In this document: in pieces, positions 52,147 through 62,941 of the stretch | How positions within the stretch are numbered: the first letter of the stretch is position 1 | Layout of the letters: every line of letters begins with the position of its first letter | Source: Hyalangium minutum | GTDB lineage: Bacteria; Myxococcota; Myxococcia; Myxococcales; Myxococcaceae | Reading direction: 5' to 3' | Length of the DNA: 64,000 bases | Assembly (NCBI RefSeq): GCF_000737315.1 | Contig: NZ_JMCB01000002.1 | Coordinates: forward strand, 670,718-734,717 | Program-made: the position numbers and the translations under genes | Notes under the pieces: model-generated | Told to the model about the DNA's origin: nothing | Databases searched by the model: none | The model's input: the letters and a program-made list of their open reading frames with translations, nothing else

Positions 52147-53553
52147 ATGATCGTCCGTGAGACGCTGTCTCTTGTGCCAGGGGTGAGCCTGGCATCTTCC
52201 ACGGAAGGAGGACGCGTCCTGAATGGACGCGTTCAGCTGACGCTGCCGCCCCTCTCCGGCAGCGTGAGTGCCACGATTGAAGCCCTGGCTCAGGGCGAGC
52301 ACGGACCCGATGAGCTGAGCGAGCTCGCGGGAGGGGGGGGGCTCGCTCAGGTCGCATTCTTCCACAACCTGCTCGAAGCCTTGCGCGCGCACGGCGTGCT
52401 GGCTCGAAGTCTCTCCCTGGACGGCGCGCTGATCGCCCGGCTCTCACCGGAGACAGCCCGTGGGGGAGGTGTCTCACCTCGCGCCGAGATGCGTTACCAG
52501 CTCTCCCGGTTTGCCTTTAGCCGGGTCGCGGAAGGGGGCTCCCAACTGGAGACGCCCCTGTCGATGTCACGCGTGTGGATGGGGACCTGGCACGGCCCGG
52601 CGCTGCTGGGAGTGCTGGCCACGCCGAAGCTCCCGGCCGAGGTGGCCGAGGCGGTGCCCGGAGTTCCTCCAGAGGTGACGGCGGCCTTCCTGGGCATGCT
52701 GCTGGAGGCGGGTGCCCTGGTAGAGGTGAACGCCGAGGGCGTTCCTGTCGAGCGGGAGGCGCTGATCACCTGGGAGTTCCACGACCTGCTGTTCTACCAG
52801 TGGACCCGATGGCCTCGGCACGCGAAGGGCTATGGCGGGGCCACCTATCGCTTCCGGGGGAAGCTGCCGCAGCCTGAGCCGAAGCCGCGGCCACCCGGGG
52901 AGGCTTTGCCGCTGGAGAAGCCGGACATGGCCCGGCTGGAGCGCGGCGATTCCTCGTTTACCTCGGTCCTGGAGCGCCGTCGCACCGTGCGGAACCCAGG
53001 GGGAAAGCCCCTCACGCGCGCTCAATTGGGAGAGCTGCTCTACCGGGCCGTGGGCTTGCGCCACGCGGACTTGGACGGCCGAGACCAGAAGGTGGCGCGT
53101 GTTTATCCATCCGGTGGCGCAATTTATGAAACCGGTGTGTATACAATTGTCCGCAGTTGTGAGGGATTAGAGCCAGGGCTCTACGCCTACCAAGTCGATG
53201 AGCATGCCCTCTACCGAATCCCCGCCCGGACACCGGAGCTGGCGGAGCTGATGCAGATGGCGGCGGACGGGATGGCGCTCCCCGCGCAGCCGCAGGTCGT
53301 CATCGTGCTCACCGCGCAGTTTGCCCGCATGGCCTGGAAATACGAGGTCATGGCGTACTCGGCCATGCTCAAGAACGTGGGGGTCATCTTCCAGACGCTG
53401 TACCTGGTGGCCACCGCCATGGGGCTGGCGCCTTGCGCCCTGGGCAGCGGCGGCGCGGACCTGTTCGCCCGGGCCTCGGGGTTGGATCCGCTCGTGGAGG
53501 GCTCGGTGGGCGAGTTCGCCGTGGGGAGCCGGCCAGACGGAGGGCCTGGCTGA
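52147..53553 (+). CDS. SagB/ThcOx-type FMN-dependent azoline dehydrogenase with N-terminal RRE-like domains
   Basis: RRTVR, YPSGGAIYE, AWKY and KNVGVIFQTLYLVATAMGLAPCALG. Confidence 0.92.
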   Translation: MIVRETLSLVPGVSLASSTEGGRVLNGRVQLTLPPLSGSVSATIEALAQGEHGPDELSELAGGGGLAQVAFFHNLLEALRAHGVLARSLSLDGALIARLSPETARGGGVSPRAEMRYQLSRFAFSRVAEGGSQLETPLSMSRVWMGTWHGPALLGVLATPKLPAEVAEAVPGVPPEVTAAFLGMLLEAGALVEVNAEGVPVEREALITWEFHDLLFYQWTRWPRHAKGYGGATYRFRGKLPQPEPKPRPPGEALPLEKPDMARLERGDSSFTSVLERRRTVRNPGGKPLTRAQLGELLYRAVGLRHADLDGRDQKVARVYPSGGAIYETGVYTIVRSCEGLEPGLYAYQVDEHALYRIPARTPELAELMQMAADGMALPAQPQVVIVLTAQFARMAWKYEVMAYSAMLKNVGVIFQTLYLVATAMGLAPCALGSGGADLFARASGLDPLVEGSVGEFAVGSRPDGGPG

Positions 53554-54300
53554 TCAGAGGCCGCGCTCGCGCATCACGGCCTCGACGCGCGCCACATCCT
53601 CGGGCACGTCCACCGCCACGGTGTTCCACTGAACCTGGCCGCAGCGGATGCGGATGCCGTGCTCCAGCGCTCGGAGCTGCTCCAGCTTCTCGGCTTCCTC
53701 CAAGGGCGTGGGCGGCAGGGTGGCCAGCCGCAGCAGCGTGTCGCGCCGGTAGCCGTAGAGGCCAATATGGGCCCAGCGGCGCACGCTGCCTTCATGGCCC
53801 GCCTCCCGGATGAAGGGGAGGGCGGCGCGGCTGAAGTAGAGCGCATCCCCATTCATCGCGAGGACCGCCTTCACCACGTTGGGGTTGGGCACTTCGGCGG
53901 CCTCCAGGGGCCGGACCAGGGTGCCCATCTCCACCTGCGGGTTCGAGAACAGCCCCGCGAGCAGTTGGAGCGCCTGGGGATCTAGCAGGGGCTCATCACC
54001 CTGGACGTTGATCCACGCGTCCACTTCCGGCCGGCTGCGCGCGACCTCGGCCACACGGTCCGTGCCGGTGGCGCAGTGGGGGCTCGTCATGACCGCCCGG
54101 CCGCCGAAGCGCTCCACCACCTCGCGGATCCGGTCGTCGTCCGTGGCCACCAGCACGTCGAGGAAGGCCCGGGACTCCTGGCAGCGGCGCCATACGTGCT
54201 CCACCATGGGCTTGCCCGCGATGAGGGCAAGCGGCTTGCCCGGGAAGCGGGTGCTGCCATAGCGGGCGGGGATGACGGCGACGACGCGGGGAGGGGCCAT
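53554..54300 (-). CDS. kdsB: CMP-KDO synthetase
   Basis: IPARYGSTRFPGKPL, NVQGDEP, HIGLYGY and LEQLRALE. Confidence 0.97.
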   Translation of the reverse strand: MAPPRVVAVIPARYGSTRFPGKPLALIAGKPMVEHVWRRCQESRAFLDVLVATDDDRIREVVERFGGRAVMTSPHCATGTDRVAEVARSRPEVDAWINVQGDEPLLDPQALQLLAGLFSNPQVEMGTLVRPLEAAEVPNPNVVKAVLAMNGDALYFSRAALPFIREAGHEGSVRRWAHIGLYGYRRDTLLRLATLPPTPLEEAEKLEQLRALEHGIRIRCGQVQWNTVAVDVPEDVARVEAVMRERGL

Positions 54301-54394
54301 GGGGGCCTCCGTCTATCAGATTCAGGACGTCCTATCCCCTCGGAGAAGGGGGGACACTGGCCACTGGGAGGACCGTGCCTAGCTTCCGGATGCC

Positions 54395-55522
54395 ATGAAG
54401 AAGGTTCTCCACATCGTCGGCGCGCGCCCCAACTTCATGAAGGCGGCGCCCATCCACAAGGCCATCGCCGGGCGAGGCCAGCTCGCGCAGGTCCTCGTTC
54501 ACACCGGCCAGCACTATGACGTGAAGATGAGCGACGTCTTCTTCACGGATCTCGGGATGCCCGCCCCAGATGTGTACCTGGGCATCGGCTCCGGGAGCCA
54601 CGCGGAGCAGACCGCGCGCACCATGATTGAGCTGGAGAAGGTCTTCCTCAAGGAGAAGCCGGACCTGGTCTCCGTGGTGGGAGACGTCAACAGCACCATC
54701 GCGGGCGCCCTGGTGGCCTCGAAGATGGGGATTCGTATCGCCCATGTGGAGGCGGGCCTGCGCAGCTTCGACATGCGCATGCCGGAAGAGGTCAACCGCA
54801 TCGTCACCGACCGGCTGGCGGACCTGCTGCTCACGCCGTCTCCGGATGCGGACGCCAACCTCCTCAAGGAGGGGGTGGACCCGTCGCGCATCCACTTCGT
54901 GGGCAACGTGATGATCGACACGCTGCTCACTTCCAAGGCGCGCGCCGAGCAGCTCCCCACGCTGAAGGAGCTGGGGCTCTCGCCTCAGGGCTACGCGGTG
55001 TGCACGCTGCACCGGGCCTCCAACGTGGATGACCCGAAGGTGCTGAGCGGGCTGCTGTCCTCGCTCGCGCACATCTCCGCGCGCCTGCCCGTCATCTTCC
55101 CGGTGCATCCGCGCACGCGGAAGATGCTGGCGGACCATGGGCTGAGCGGGATGCTGGAGCGCTCGCCCGGGTTGCGGCTCGTGGAGCCCATGGGCTACCT
55201 GGAGTTCCTCGCGCTCACGTCGCAGGCGCGGCTCATCCTCACCGACTCGGGCGGCTTGCAGGAGGAGTCCACCGCGCTGGGCGTCCCGTGCCTCACGCTG
55301 CGCGAGAACACCGAGCGTCCCATCACCGTGGAGCAGGGCACCAACCTCGTCGTGGGCACCGACCCGGTGCGCATCACCGAGGAGGCCGAGCGTGCCCTCA
55401 GTGGCCAGGGCAAGCAGGGTCGCATCCCGGAGAAGTGGGATGGGCGCTCCGCCGAGCGCATCGCCGAGCTGTATGAGCGGGTGCTCGGCGCGGACCCGAG
55501 CGAGCTGCGCGTCTCTGCCTGA
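54395..55522 (+). CDS. wecB: UDP-N-acetylglucosamine 2-epimerase (non-hydrolysing)
   Basis: GARPNFMK, HTGQHYD, HVEAGLRS and TDSGGLQEE. Confidence 0.95.
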   Translation: MKKVLHIVGARPNFMKAAPIHKAIAGRGQLAQVLVHTGQHYDVKMSDVFFTDLGMPAPDVYLGIGSGSHAEQTARTMIELEKVFLKEKPDLVSVVGDVNSTIAGALVASKMGIRIAHVEAGLRSFDMRMPEEVNRIVTDRLADLLLTPSPDADANLLKEGVDPSRIHFVGNVMIDTLLTSKARAEQLPTLKELGLSPQGYAVCTLHRASNVDDPKVLSGLLSSLAHISARLPVIFPVHPRTRKMLADHGLSGMLERSPGLRLVEPMGYLEFLALTSQARLILTDSGGLQEESTALGVPCLTLRENTERPITVEQGTNLVVGTDPVRITEEAERALSGQGKQGRIPEKWDGRSAERIAELYERVLGADPSELRVSA

Positions 55523-55552
55523 GTAGCGCGGGGAGTTCGAGGCCCGCTCACC

Positions 55553-57661
55553 TCACGTGGTGGGTGGGCGCGGGGCGGGTCCCGAGGTGGGCAGCGTGAC
55601 GATGAAGGTGCTGCCCTTGCCGGGGACGCTCGTCACCTCGATGCGGCCCCCGTGCCGGAGGATGATGTCCCGGCTGATGGACAGCCCCAGCCCCGTGCCC
55701 TGGCCTCGGGGCTTGGTGGTGAAGAAGGGGGTGAAGAGCTTGGAGAGTGTCTCCTCCGTCATTCCCTTGCCTGTGTCGGAGATCTCCACCACCGCCTCGG
55801 CGTCCTGTTGCCGCGTGCGGATGCGAATCTCCCCGAACGTCTCGATGGCCTGCGAGGCATTGACGAGCAGGTTGGTGAAGACCTGGGCAATCTGGGTGGG
55901 GTGACAGGTGATGGGGGGCAGCGGCCCGAAGTCCCGCACCAGCTCGCACTTGTACTTGAGCTCGTTCCACACCATGCGCAGCGTGGACTCCAGCTCCGCG
56001 TTCAGGTCCACCGCCTGCGCCGAGCCCGAGTCCTCTCGCGAGAACGAGCGCAGGCTCTGGACGATCTCCGTGATGCGCTTGGTGCCCGTCAGCGACTCCT
56101 GGATGACCTCGGGCAGGTCCGAGAGGAGGTTCTCCACGTCCGCCTTCTTCCAGAGCTCGCGCAGGCGTGAGAGCTGCTCCGCGGAGAGGCTCTGCTCCGT
56201 GCCGCGGGTGCCCTCCAGGAGCTCGTGCTGGAACTGGAGCAGCGGCAGGAGCCCGGCGATGTACTTCTCAAGCATTCGCAGGTTGCTCGAGACGTAGCTG
56301 ACCGGGTTGTTGATCTCATGCGCGATGCCCGCCGCGAGCTGGCCCAGCGAGGCCAGCTTCTCGGCGCGGATGAGCTGCCCCTGCCGCTCCTCCATCAGCT
56401 TGCGGTCGGTGATGTTGCGCACGATGCAGACAGCCTCGTCCGGGCCGCTGCGGACGACCCGGGCCTCGTAGCGCTGGACGCCCTGGGGCTTCTCCAGCTC
56501 GTACTCGTAGACGGCCAGGTTCCCATCGCGGATGACCCGGTTCACGTTCGTGAGCGTCTGCTCGATGAAGGGGCGGGGCATGGGCAGGTTCTGGATCTTC
56601 TTGCCCATGAAGGCCTCGGACGGCAGGGCCGTCGGCTCGGGGCTTCCGTCATTCCAGTCGATGAAGGTGCCATCCCCACGGATGCGGAAGAGCAGGTCCG
56701 GGATGGCGCGGAACAGGGCGCGCAGGCGCTCCTCGCTGTGCTTGCGCGCGGTGATGTCCACGTCCGCGCCCACCATGCGCAGGGGCAGGCCCTTCTCGTC
56801 GCGCGCCACCACCCGGGCCCGGCTGAGGATCCACGCCCAGGTGCCCGCCTTGCTCCGGGCGCGGTAGGCGAACTCACACCATGGCGTGTAGCCCTCCAGG
56901 TGCGCGGCGATGAGCTGTTCGACTTCGGGGAGATCCTCCGGGTGGCACAGGCTCTTCCACGTGTCGAAGGTGGGCTCCAGTTCGCCCTGCATGTACCCGA
57001 GCAGTTCCAGCCACCGGCGGCTCACGCGCAGCTCGCGCGTCTGCAGGTTCCAGTCCCAGAGTCCCTCCTCCACGGCGGCGAGCACCTGTCTCAGGTGCGA
57101 CAGCTCCTCCTGCTGCAGGCGGTGCTCGGCTTCCTGGCTCCGGCGCCGCTGCTCGTGGCGTCCCCCCGACAGGAGGAGGGTGCCCAAGGAGAGCATGGGC
57201 TGGAGTTCGGAGAGCAGCTCCGCATCCTCACGGGCGGGAGGAGGGGTGAGCCCCACCATCCCCACCAGCTCCTCTCCGTTCTGGAGGGGCAACAGCAGCG
57301 GGAAGGAGCCTGGCGGTACCGGCAGGGCGCTGGGCTTCACAAGCCTGCCGGAGGAGCCGCGCTGGGCTGCGGAGAGCACGGCGTCCACGAAGGGCTGAAA
57401 GCCCTCGGTGAGGCTGCCGGCGAGGAGCTGGAAGCGCAGGCGGGCGCCAGACTCGGAGACGACCTCCCCGAGGAAACCCGAGGCACTTCCGGTGTGCTCG
57501 ATCAGCAAGGCCAGAAACGGGTCGAGCAGCCGCCGCGCATCCGCTCCGCGGAGGAGTTCCGCTTGGAGCTCGACCAGCGAGCGCCACACGCCGCTTCTGA
57601 CGGGGGCCATCTCCCTCGCACTCCTCATGTCTCGCATGCTTTCCACAGGCTCGATCCGCAC
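55553..57661 (-). CDS. PAS-PAS sensor histidine kinase, orphan (start uncertain)
   Basis: GLWDWN PAS_3, AHEINNP, NLLVNA, DTGKG, FFTTK and GTGLGL. Confidence 0.9.
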   Translation of the reverse strand: MRIEPVESMRDMRSAREMAPVRSGVWRSLVELQAELLRGADARRLLDPFLALLIEHTGSASGFLGEVVSESGARLRFQLLAGSLTEGFQPFVDAVLSAAQRGSSGRLVKPSALPVPPGSFPLLLPLQNGEELVGMVGLTPPPAREDAELLSELQPMLSLGTLLLSGGRHEQRRRSQEAEHRLQQEELSHLRQVLAAVEEGLWDWNLQTRELRVSRRWLELLGYMQGELEPTFDTWKSLCHPEDLPEVEQLIAAHLEGYTPWCEFAYRARSKAGTWAWILSRARVVARDEKGLPLRMVGADVDITARKHSEERLRALFRAIPDLLFRIRGDGTFIDWNDGSPEPTALPSEAFMGKKIQNLPMPRPFIEQTLTNVNRVIRDGNLAVYEYELEKPQGVQRYEARVVRSGPDEAVCIVRNITDRKLMEERQGQLIRAEKLASLGQLAAGIAHEINNPVSYVSSNLRMLEKYIAGLLPLLQFQHELLEGTRGTEQSLSAEQLSRLRELWKKADVENLLSDLPEVIQESLTGTKRITEIVQSLRSFSREDSGSAQAVDLNAELESTLRMVWNELKYKCELVRDFGPLPPITCHPTQIAQVFTNLLVNASQAIETFGEIRIRTRQQDAEAVVEISDTGKGMTEETLSKLFTPFFTTKPRGQGTGLGLSISRDIILRHGGRIEVTSVPGKGSTFIVTLPTSGPAPRPPTT

Positions 57662-57803
57662 TCCCCCCGGATTTAGATGATCCCGTGGATGCCATGTGGA
57701 ACAACAGAGGCTCGCTCCTGTTCTATAAACAGATGTAGGTGTTCAACAGGGACCACTGGCAGTGGGGCAAGTCCTACCCTGCTCGCTTGGGTACGTGGGT
57801 GGC

Positions 57804-58761
57804 ATGACCGAGAACGAGGCCCCCGAGGGCTATATCGACATCGAGTACGTCGTGGAGCCCAACTACGCGGGGTGGCGCCTGGAGCGGTATCTCGGGCAGA
57901 AGATCCGCCGCCTGCCTCGCGAGCGCATCCTGGGCATCATCCAGCGGGGCCTGCTCTGCGAGGAGCGCCTCAAGCCGTCCTCGCTGGTGTATCCGGGGCT
58001 CATCTTCCGCATCCGCCGCCGCGTCAGCGACGAGCCGGAGACGCCCACGGAGCTGCCCTTCCTCTTCCAGGATGACTGGCTGCTGGTGATCGACAAGCCG
58101 GCGGGCCTGCCCATCCACCCCAGCGCGCGCTACCAGAACGGCACCCTCGTGACGCTGTTGCGCGAGCGCTTCGGGGAGGACTTCGCGGAGCCCGCGCACC
58201 GCCTGGACCGGGAGACGAGCGGCCTGGTTGTCTGTGGGCGCACCACCGAGTCCTGCCGGGTGCTCGGTGGGCTGTTTCTGTCGCGCGACGTCCACAAGGA
58301 GTACCTGGCCATCTGCGAGGGACACCCGCCCGAGGACACCTTCGCCGTGGATGCACCCATCGCCGAGGGGACCGAGTTGATCCGCATCGCTGTGCGCATT
58401 GATGCCGTGGAGGGCAAGGAGAGCCGCACGCGCTTCGAGGTGCTCCAGCGCTTCACCCGCGACGGCGAGCCCTTTGCGCTGCTGCGCTGCTACCCGGAGA
58501 CGGGCCGCCAGCATCAGATCCGCATCCACCTGCGCGAGGCGGGCTACCCGCTGGTGGGCGACAAGATGTACGGCCCGGATCCGGGGTACTTCGACCGCTT
58601 CAGCAAGCACTGCCTGGAGCCCGAGGCCTGGGTGCGCCTGCGCCTGCCTCGTCACGCGCTGCATGCCGCGCGCATCTCGTTTCCTCACCCGGGAACGGGC
58701 CAGCGCGTCACCTTCGACGCGCCGCTGCCCGCGGACCTGGAGGACTTCATCGCCGGCCAGC

Positions 58762-58772
<11 letters not shown>
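57804..58772 (+). CDS. RluA family pseudouridine synthase
   Basis: [24 protein letters not shown] and LVGDKMY; ATG at 57804. Confidence 0.94.
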
Positions 58773-60222
<1,450 letters not shown>

Positions 60223-60424
60223 GGTGGCGCCTTATCCCCTTTTCAAGCGCTGAGAGAAACAGGAACCGCTGCTTCGTTGCTTGGTATTCCACCCACCGCC
60301 AGAGTCGGCCGGTGTGGGCAGCGGCTCGGCCTCTCGGAGCAGGCGGGCAGGCCTGAGTTCACCCGTTGATTCCGTGACAGCGAATCACCGAGTCCCGGCA
60401 TGAAACAGCTAGGCTGGCTCTCTT

Positions 60425-61735
60425 ATGGCGACCCGACGCCGGTATTTGCGCTCGCTGCTCCCTTTCGCGCTCCTGACGGCGGGCGCGGCGTATTCCCTCG
60501 CCTCGTGGAACTGGTGTGGGCGCTGGGAGGAGAGCGCCCCGGTGCTCCGAGGTCAGGTTCGTGCCGAGGGGCCGCTCCGGGCAGGCGCCGCGAAGGTGCC
60601 GCTTCAGCCTTCGTTCCCTGTGGTTGTCGCGGGCTACCCGCCGCCGCGCCCCGAGGCCTCCAAGGCGGACCCCTCGCCCCACGCCCGCGCTGTCGTTCTC
60701 CAGGTGGGGGAGGCGCGCGTGGGCCTTGTCTCCCTGGAGCTGCTCTCGGTGACGGGGCCCATGGTGGCGCAGATCCGCGAGCGGGCCTCGGACCTGGGGC
60801 TGCGTGGCGTGCTCGTGTTCGCCACGCACACGCACTCTTCCTTTGGCGGGTATGACTCGCGGGTGGTGGCGCAGCTCGTGGGCACCGGGCGCTACCGCCC
60901 CGCCACTTTGGACACCGCCGTCGCCGCCGCCAGCGACGCGCTCCATCAGGCCGCCGCCGCGCTCGCCGAGGTGACGCTGGAGGTGGGCCACGCCACCGAG
61001 GCGGGCTTCGTCTCCTCCCGCTCGGGAGGAGAGACGCCGGATGGCGCGCTCACCCGCGTGGTGCTCCGAGGCGCCTCCAACCCTGTCGCCGAGCTGCTCC
61101 TCCTCGCCGCGCACCCCACGCTCGTGCCTCGGCGCCGCGAGTTCGTGGATCCGGACTACCCGGGGCGCCTGAGTGAGCTGCGCGAGGCCCAGGGCGGCGT
61201 GGCGCTCGTGCTGCAGGGCGCGGTGGGCAATGCCTCCGTCGCCTTCAATGAAGGGCAGGGCGTGGAGCGCGCCGCCGCTTTCGCGCAGGCCCTGTCCGGG
61301 CTGGTGGAGCGTGCCTCGCCCACGGCCGCGGCGAGTCCCACCCGGCTGGCGTTGGCCCGCGCCGAGGTGGCGATGCCCCGGCCTGATGCCTCGCGGCTGG
61401 TGCCCTCGCTCACCCGTGCGGCGGGGGACAACTTCCTGTGCCAGTCCGCCTCGCGCGTGGCCGAGGTGAGCGCGCTCGCGCTCGGGCCGCTGGAGCTGAT
61501 CACCCTCCCGGGCGAGCCCACCACTGGCGCGGGGCGCGTGCTGACCGCGAGCACCGGCGCGACGGGAGTGCTCGGCCTCTCGGGCGACTACCTCGGCTAC
61601 ATCGAGACGCCCGAGCTCGTGGCTCAGTCCTCGGGCGAGTCCATGCGGCAGTACTACGGCCCCACGCTGCTCTCGCGCTTGCAGGCCGCGGCCCAGCTGG
61701 CCGCCGAGGCCGCGGGGTTTACCCCTGAACAGTGA
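60425..61735 (+). CDS. Neutral/alkaline ceramidase N-terminal domain-like membrane-anchored protein
   Basis: N-terminal TM; VLFATHTHSS, AHPT, DYPG and QGAVGN. Confidence 0.75.
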   Translation: MATRRRYLRSLLPFALLTAGAAYSLASWNWCGRWEESAPVLRGQVRAEGPLRAGAAKVPLQPSFPVVVAGYPPPRPEASKADPSPHARAVVLQVGEARVGLVSLELLSVTGPMVAQIRERASDLGLRGVLVFATHTHSSFGGYDSRVVAQLVGTGRYRPATLDTAVAAASDALHQAAAALAEVTLEVGHATEAGFVSSRSGGETPDGALTRVVLRGASNPVAELLLLAAHPTLVPRRREFVDPDYPGRLSELREAQGGVALVLQGAVGNASVAFNEGQGVERAAAFAQALSGLVERASPTAAASPTRLALARAEVAMPRPDASRLVPSLTRAAGDNFLCQSASRVAEVSALALGPLELITLPGEPTTGAGRVLTASTGATGVLGLSGDYLGYIETPELVAQSSGESMRQYYGPTLLSRLQAAAQLAAEAAGFTPEQ

Positions 61736-61923
61736 GCCGCACCGCCCAAAGACCCGGCCGGTAAAAGATCAGCGCCACCGTAAGGCGCGAGCACAGTGTC
61801 GGTGCGCTGTTGGCTCGCGGCGCCTGTTTCATACCTGTTCGGGGACCCCTCGAAGTGTTGCAATAACGATGAAGCAACAGGGGGAGCCGTTCCGCAGTAC
61901 TCAGGCAGCCTTGGGGGGCAGCC

Positions 61924-62520
61924 ATGCAGCTCAGGGTCTCAGCGCATTCCGGCTTCGAGGTAACGGGGAGAGGAATCCCCGCCGCCCTCGAAGCCTTCGG
62001 GGAGTTCACCGTCCTGGCCGGACAGATGTTGATGGCCAATGGCGTGGGCCGGCCCGACCGAAGCGGGTTCATCCAGCTGGACACCGAGGGTTGGTATCCG
62101 CTCGAGGGCTATCTCCGGACGTATCAGCAAATCGAAGAGCAGCTGGGGCCGCAGATGCTCCGGAAGATGGGCACGGCCAAGGCGAACCACGCCGCGTTTC
62201 CGCCCAACATGGTGGACATCACCACGGCGATGCAGTCACTGGACGTGGGCTACCACATGAACCACCGGCAGCACGGGCGGCCCATGTTCGATCCCCTCTC
62301 AGGCGTCATGCTGGAGGGGATCGGCCACTATCACTGTCAGCTCACCCTGGGGCAGCGGCGCATCCTCATGCGCTGTGACAATCCGTACCCCTGCAAGTTC
62401 GACGAGGGGCTCATCGAAGCCCTGGCTCGGCGCTTCTCGCCCGGCGCCCTGCTGGAGCATGAGGCGGGCTCCTGCCGGCGCAAGGGCGACCCGGTCTGCG
62501 TCTACTCTCTCACCTGGTAG
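61924..62520 (+). CDS. Hypothetical protein with V4R/H-NOX-like features
   Basis: WYP, CDNPYPCKFDEG and CRRKGDPVCVYSLTW. Confidence 0.6.
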   Translation: MQLRVSAHSGFEVTGRGIPAALEAFGEFTVLAGQMLMANGVGRPDRSGFIQLDTEGWYPLEGYLRTYQQIEEQLGPQMLRKMGTAKANHAAFPPNMVDITTAMQSLDVGYHMNHRQHGRPMFDPLSGVMLEGIGHYHCQLTLGQRRILMRCDNPYPCKFDEGLIEALARRFSPGALLEHEAGSCRRKGDPVCVYSLTW

Positions 62521-62911
62521 GGCTCTTCCGGCGGGGGGCGGACTTGCGAGCGCCGGACTTGCGAGCCGCCGGCCTGCGCGCGGCGGGTTTGGGCTCGCGC
62601 GGGCTCTGGGTGGAGTGGCCAGTGATATCGTCGAAGGCCGAGTCCTTCTTGCGCGCCTTGAAGAGCAGCGCGGTGCGGCCCAGGAGCTGAGCGAGCTCGG
62701 AGCTGGTGCCCTCGGCCAGGCGGTCGGCGGCCTCGTGGCGCGTCTCCGGGCCCTCGTTGATCTTCACCTTGATGAGCTCGTGATCCTTCAGCGCCTGCTC
62801 CACGGCACTGAGGAGCCCCTCGGTCACTCCGGACTGGCCGACGATGACGACAGGCTCCAGGTGGTGGCCCTTCGCGCGCAGGGCCCGGCGCTGCTTTCCG
62901 TTCAGCGGCAC
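62510..62911 (-). CDS. yhbY: Ribosome assembly RNA-binding protein (CRM domain) with basic tail
   Basis: LRAKGHHLEPVVIVGQSG, HELIKVK and QLLGRTALLF. Confidence 0.93.
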   Translation of the reverse strand: MPLNGKQRRALRAKGHHLEPVVIVGQSGVTEGLLSAVEQALKDHELIKVKINEGPETRHEAADRLAEGTSSELAQLLGRTALLFKARKKDSAFDDITGHSTQSPREPKPAARRPAARKSGARKSAPRRKSPTR

Positions 62912-62941
62912 AACTCCTCCTATAAATGACGGCGGCGCACC

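Noticed and set aside
60223-60400. ZTP (pfl) or other purine riboswitch upstream of purF
   Set aside because: Loose resemblance (GACTCTGGCG...GGTGGAATACC), but the conserved GACUGGCG and the 3' CGCCUGGG pseudoknot partner are missing.
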